Shown here: piece after piece, positions 59,838 through 64,000 of the stretch | Position numbering within the stretch: the first letter of the stretch is position 1 | Layout: each line of letters starts with the position of its first letter | Source: a virus | Strand: one strand, 5' to 3' | Length of the DNA stretch: 64,000 nucleotides | Virus record (IMG/VR): IMGVR_UViG_3300014202_000536 | Notes under the pieces: model-generated | Told to the model about the DNA's origin: nothing | The model's database searches: none | Seen by the model: only the letters and a program-made list of their open reading frames with translations | Program-made: the position numbers and the translations under genes

Positions 59838-60788
59838 ATGCCAAAAACAGTATGGGATAGATTTGCAAAACGTCCAATTGTCTTGCCAGAAAGATCGTCA
59901 CAAGCATTGATGCGGCCACGGCTTAACCGTGGTCGTCGTCAGCTTGGTGATCCATATGCAGACTTTGGACAACATGAACTCATCAATGGGCCAACGTCAT
60001 TGGAGTATCCAGATATTCCAGTGGATATGTATCCACGCGTTGTTGACAACTATCAACGAAATGCTGATGGATCATTAGTGCCTGTCGGTGAAGGAACGAT
60101 GGATCCGTTGAGCCTTTTGCTTCAACGGATTGCCAATGATACTGGTGTCATTGCATCAACATCATTGCTTCGTCGTGGGTTGCTTGGCCGAACAGTGACA
60201 GTGACAACGACACCTCAGCTCATTATCAATGCTGAGTATCTTCGTGGTTATATTCTGTTGAATCCAAATGAATTGGTTGGTGCCACATCAGCAGGAACCA
60301 TTCTTGCATCTGCTGTACGATCAGGCACCGGTAATTCATCGTCATTAGGTGTTGCCAATTTTCTTTCAGGACATTTCTTCATTGACATTACGGCAGCATC
60401 AGGTGGTGGAACAGTTGCATTAGATTTGGAAGTACTCGATCCAGCGTCTGGTAATTGGGCAGTTGCACAAACTATCTTTGCGGCGTCAGGTGCAACTGGC
60501 ACAACGTATGCCTTTGTTGGTGAACTTGGTATCCCAACAGACGTACGCATTGCATGGACCATTGCTGCAGGTACCGTAACATTTTCAGTTGGGTTCGTAT
60601 TGAAGAACGGGTTGATTGGGACAAGTGCTGGAATCTCGCAGACAATTTATCTTGGTGGTCCAGGTGTCACAACAACATCGGGGTTCCCGTTGTTGAATGG
60701 TCAAAGCCAGAAGTTCTTCTTACAAGAAAACCTGCAATTGTTTGCTGTCGCAGATGCAACTCTGCCGTTAAAGATCTTTGAGTTGTAA
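59838..60788 (+). CDS. Penton/spike-like beta-sandwich protein with inserted domain
   Basis: Outer domain paralogous to 52592; Ala/Gly/Thr-rich beta insert. Confidence 0.5.
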   Translation: MPKTVWDRFAKRPIVLPERSSQALMRPRLNRGRRQLGDPYADFGQHELINGPTSLEYPDIPVDMYPRVVDNYQRNADGSLVPVGEGTMDPLSLLLQRIANDTGVIASTSLLRRGLLGRTVTVTTTPQLIINAEYLRGYILLNPNELVGATSAGTILASAVRSGTGNSSSLGVANFLSGHFFIDITAASGGGTVALDLEVLDPASGNWAVAQTIFAASGATGTTYAFVGELGIPTDVRIAWTIAAGTVTFSVGFVLKNGLIGTSAGISQTIYLGGPGVTTTSGFPLLNGQSQKFFLQENLQLFAVADATLPLKIFEL

Positions 60789-60949
60789 GAGAGGTTTTAT
60801 GAGGTATGCATTGTACTCGTGCATCCTCGTATTTGGATTTTTCATACTCTATTGGGGTTCATTCATTATAAAAGTAATTGAAGGGATTCGTACATCTGTT
60901 TGTGAAATTCAAAATGATGTTGGTAATATTCAAAAGGATACGAAACATT

Positions 60950-61237
60950 ATGGACGACAAGCAACGGATGAAGTTAACAATCCATGAGGTTATTGGGATT
61001 GGCACTGTTGTTGTGGCCATTACAACATCATTTTTGTTTTTACGAGCAGATGTGTTGGTATTGGCAAAGGACGTGTCAATATTGCAAGGAGCGGTATCTA
61101 CGCTCACAATAGAACAAGCAAAAATGAAAACGATTGTTGATTTAGTGTATGAAGAAGGCGTAAGAAAACGCAATCGTGATGCACAATACGATAGAGATAA
61201 TCCTATAAAAGAAAATTCAAATCGACCTACACATTAA
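60950..61237 (+). CDS. TM plus coiled-coil protein
   Basis: IGIGTVVVAITTSFLFL followed by heptads. Confidence 0.5.
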   Translation: MDDKQRMKLTIHEVIGIGTVVVAITTSFLFLRADVLVLAKDVSILQGAVSTLTIEQAKMKTIVDLVYEEGVRKRNRDAQYDRDNPIKENSNRPTH

Positions 61238-61247
61238 GTGAGGTTTT

Positions 61248-62180
61248 ATGTTTTCAATTGAAGAAAGAAATCGAGTGGTGATGAGGCATCGACCACCTGG
61301 TCGACTCATGCGACCATCTGATCATATGATCTATGGGCATGGACTCGGTGAGTTGGATGGTTTCTTAGATACATTGAAAAACTTTGGATCAGGTGTTGTC
61401 AAGTTTGCAACAGCTGGTATCTATGATCCATCGAAGAACAGGTTTTACGTACCATTTTCAAGTGGGATGATGCGGAACGCAGCGCAAGGTTTTGTGAACA
61501 CGTCGACATTAGGATTGGTCAGAACTGATAAGTTCTTTAACTCACAGACAGCCAAAACGGTTGGAGCAGTTGCTGGTGGTGTTGCAGCTGCAGCAACAGC
61601 AGCGGTTGTTGGCCGAGCCTTGTACACGACATATGGTGGTGGAAGCGTCGCTCCAACACAAGGTCCATCAATGGCAGATGGTAAGTTTGTAAGTGGCGGT
61701 GTAACTGCTGCAAAGACAGCCGCTGAAACTGGAACCAAATCAACAGCATCATTGTTTACACTTGACAATGTGTCAAAGACCCTTGACATTGGAGCAAAAG
61801 TTTTAAGTGTTGGTGCTGGAGGTGCAGCGCCTCAACAGCAACCACAATATGCGCAAGGTGGAGGTGCACCTGTTGTAGTTGTTGCTGGTGGTGGCGGTGA
61901 AGTATATCCAGCTGCGTTACCTGGAAGTTTTCAAACTGATCCATATGCTGGATTATTTGCGCCGGCAATGTATAGTCCAAGTGGTGGTGGCGGTATGATG
62001 ATGGTGCCAGGAGGAGGTGGAGGTGTTGGTCCTCCTGGTAGCGAGTATTATGTAGCAGAAGATGGCACAGTTGTACCAGTTGATAGTGCAACAAAGGACA
62101 TTCCATTGTGGGTTATTATTGGCAGTGGCGTTGTTCTAACCTACGTACTCATGAGTGCAAAAAAGAGTCGTAAGAAATAA
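61248..62180 (+). CDS. Gly-rich membrane virion protein (DNA-delivery candidate)
   Basis: GLGELDG motif, Ala/Gly-rich core, C-terminal TM and KKSRKK. Confidence 0.6.
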   Translation: MFSIEERNRVVMRHRPPGRLMRPSDHMIYGHGLGELDGFLDTLKNFGSGVVKFATAGIYDPSKNRFYVPFSSGMMRNAAQGFVNTSTLGLVRTDKFFNSQTAKTVGAVAGGVAAAATAAVVGRALYTTYGGGSVAPTQGPSMADGKFVSGGVTAAKTAAETGTKSTASLFTLDNVSKTLDIGAKVLSVGAGGAAPQQQPQYAQGGGAPVVVVAGGGGEVYPAALPGSFQTDPYAGLFAPAMYSPSGGGGMMMVPGGGGGVGPPGSEYYVAEDGTVVPVDSATKDIPLWVIIGSGVVLTYVLMSAKKSRKK

Positions 62181-62192
62181 TTGGAGGTGTTT

Positions 62193-62750
62193 ATGGCTGA
62201 GGCTCAAGTTCCTGCATCTGCACAATCACAGGATGTGTTGTATCAACCCGGAATCAGTTTCCGGAATCCAAAGATCGTGCGACCTGTGGCGCATGTTCGT
62301 GGACAACCATGGTTTGAAGGACCGATGGCACCTGGTCCATTGTCAGCATCAAGCAAATTGAAACGATGGGATAAGGCGCCAAACCTTCGGCGATACAGTG
62401 CCATTTGGAATCGGTCAGCAAAGCAACGTAACGTTGAAAAGCTCGGTGCATATTTTCATGATGTGCCGACGATGAGTGAATTGGGAGCGGCACCAGGTGC
62501 GACGAGTGAAACGACATCAGTATCAAGAAGCCCACTTGGCTTTTTAGATAGCTTGATGAAGATCGGGACAAATGTTGCCACTGGTGTGACAGATGTTCTT
62601 CTGAATCAAGCAGAACAGAAACGGCAAATTGCAATTGCACAAACACAAACGTATACGCCAACATTCATGCCATCAGGTGATAATACATGGTTGTGGGTTG
62701 CTGGACTTGGTGTAGTTGGTCTTGGAGCCTTTCTATATTTAAGGAGGTAA
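62193..62750 (+). CDS. C-anchored membrane virion protein
   Basis: KLGA, ELGA motifs; WLWVAGLGVVGLGAFLYLRR. Confidence 0.6.
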   Translation: MAEAQVPASAQSQDVLYQPGISFRNPKIVRPVAHVRGQPWFEGPMAPGPLSASSKLKRWDKAPNLRRYSAIWNRSAKQRNVEKLGAYFHDVPTMSELGAAPGATSETTSVSRSPLGFLDSLMKIGTNVATGVTDVLLNQAEQKRQIAIAQTQTYTPTFMPSGDNTWLWVAGLGVVGLGAFLYLRR

Positions 62751-62751
62751 C

Positions 62752-62979
62752 ATGGACTTAGCAGGTCTTCGGACATATCTCATGGGTGGTGCGGTTATCC
62801 TTCACCAAGTTCTAAAGTTTGCAGGATTCGATGTCAGCGATGAGATGATGTCAGAATCCATTGATGCAATCCTTGGACTTGGCGCTATCTTCTTTAGATG
62901 GAGAGCTGCAGTTGCAGAGAAAGTCAAAGTAAATCAAGCATTACATACGCCAGTGCCAAAGGGAGGAGGGACAAACTAA
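62752..62979 (+). CDS. Holin-like two-TM protein
   Basis: 75 aa, two hydrophobic helices, near SLT gene. Confidence 0.45.
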   Translation: MDLAGLRTYLMGGAVILHQVLKFAGFDVSDEMMSESIDAILGLGAIFFRWRAAVAEKVKVNQALHTPVPKGGGTN

Positions 62980-63299
62980 TGTACGTTGTACATGACACAT
63001 TGTTGGGCAATGCACCGACACAGGCTGAACCATCAATTTGGGATAGTTTCCTAAATTTGGCGCAGACTGGGGTACAAGCCGGTTTCAATATCTACAATAA
63101 GGTGCAGAACATCAAGCAGACGCAAAATCAAGCGTCACAAGCTCAATCATTAGTTGCTGCACAGCAACGAATGGCATTGACACAGCCAATGACTGGTGTT
63201 CAGCCGGGAATGATTTCGTTTATCACTGGAAGTTCATGGATGTGGCCAGTTGCAATTGGCGCTGGTGCATTGGTACTCATTGCGGTGTTACGTAAATAA
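62979..63299 (+). CDS. C-anchored membrane virion protein
   Basis: TLLGNAP; Gln-rich; WPVAIGAGALVLIAVLRK. Confidence 0.6.
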   Translation: MYVVHDTLLGNAPTQAEPSIWDSFLNLAQTGVQAGFNIYNKVQNIKQTQNQASQAQSLVAAQQRMALTQPMTGVQPGMISFITGSSWMWPVAIGAGALVLIAVLRK

Positions 63300-63844
63300 C
63301 TTAAATTGAGGGGGATCATGTCAAACAAATTGGTTCGAACAGGGAACAATGGTGGGGCGATCGTCAATCCATTTGCACAGACAGTACTGACATTAAAAGT
63401 CGATGATCAATTTAGTTCAGAATTAAAAGCACCGAACATGCATCCAGCGCAAGTCGTAAAGATTTTGATGAATGTAATGTTTGATGTTTTGTTCACATAC
63501 GTCGATGCAGTATCAGCAAAAGAGAAGAAGGACGAGCCGTCTGAAAGCTCAATAATTAAATAGGTGAATCATGGATATTGTCAATATGAGAAAGGTTGGA
63601 AATAAATACGAGCCTGAATCGATTGACATGGATCCATTCAGTGACTACAAACATCCCGGAAATCCATCTGAACAATCGTTTCATCGAGTCGAGCAACCAT
63701 TACCACAACCAACGATCATCAAAGAAGAGCGTGTTGAGTTAGAAGGTATTGAGCGAGTGAACAATAATATCGATCAATTCTTTGATGGTGTTGATATGTT
63801 TTTTAGCCTCACTGAAAGGGTAATGGGTAGGATTGGAGGACCAA

Positions 63845-64000
63845 ATGCTAGGCGCCGTAAGAGTGTCAAGTGATACACTCACACCATTGATTGAGAGTAT
63901 TGCCAACAAGTACGGTGTTGATCCAAACATTATCAAAGGGATCATTCAACAAGAAAGTGTATGGGACGTCAATGCAAGTCGATATGAAGCTCATTTGAAC
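63845..64000 (+). CDS. Lytic transglycosylase (SLT), truncated by window end; not in ORF track
   Basis: GGAGGA SD; MLGAVRVSSDTLTPLIESIANKYGVDPNIIKGIIQQES (catalytic ES). Confidence 0.8.
   Translation, partial: MLGAVRVSSDTLTPLIESIANKYGVDPNIIKGIIQQESVWDVNASRYEAHLN

Larger units (their letters stand above)
1..64000. mobile_element. Segment of a large dsDNA bacterial virus genome, probably a tailless jelly-roll/internal-membrane type
   Basis: Dense small ORFs with SD sites, phage-type replication and nucleotide genes on the minus arm and virion-like genes on the plus arm. No cellular housekeeping genes, rRNA or integrase seen. Confidence 0.9.

Overview
The window is part of a large (>64 kb) dsDNA bacterial virus genome with two divergent arms meeting at a non-coding, inverted-repeat-rich junction (~31.0-32.0 kb). 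The left arm (minus strand) carries a replication/recombination module: MCM-like helicase, DUF669-type SSB, Sak4-like AAA ATPase, Cas4-like nuclease, SNF2 helicase, RuvC and family A DNA polymerase. It also carries a nucleotide/DNA-modification module (dCMP deaminase, T4 beta-glucosyltransferase-like enzyme, two thymidylate-synthase paralogues, dNMP kinase-UDG fusion, ThyX, two MazG-like enzymes) and about 15 kb of small early ORFs. The right arm (plus strand) looks like a virion module, but I see no terminase, portal, HK97 capsid, tape measure or tail genes. Instead it has a probable single-jelly-roll major capsid protein, a second capsid-like protein made of two visibly duplicated jelly-roll domains, and many small C-terminally anchored membrane proteins. 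It also has a transglutaminase-like Cys protease, signal-peptide-bearing lectin/beta-propeller paralogues, a glycan synthesis cassette and a lytic transglycosylase. Two recurrent peptide tags (basic-NP and N-terminal LG) mark many right-arm proteins. My best interpretation (inference) is an unusually large tailless, internal-membrane icosahedral virus with hypermodified DNA, possibly infecting Nitrospira. All calls come from motif reading by eye; no searches were run.
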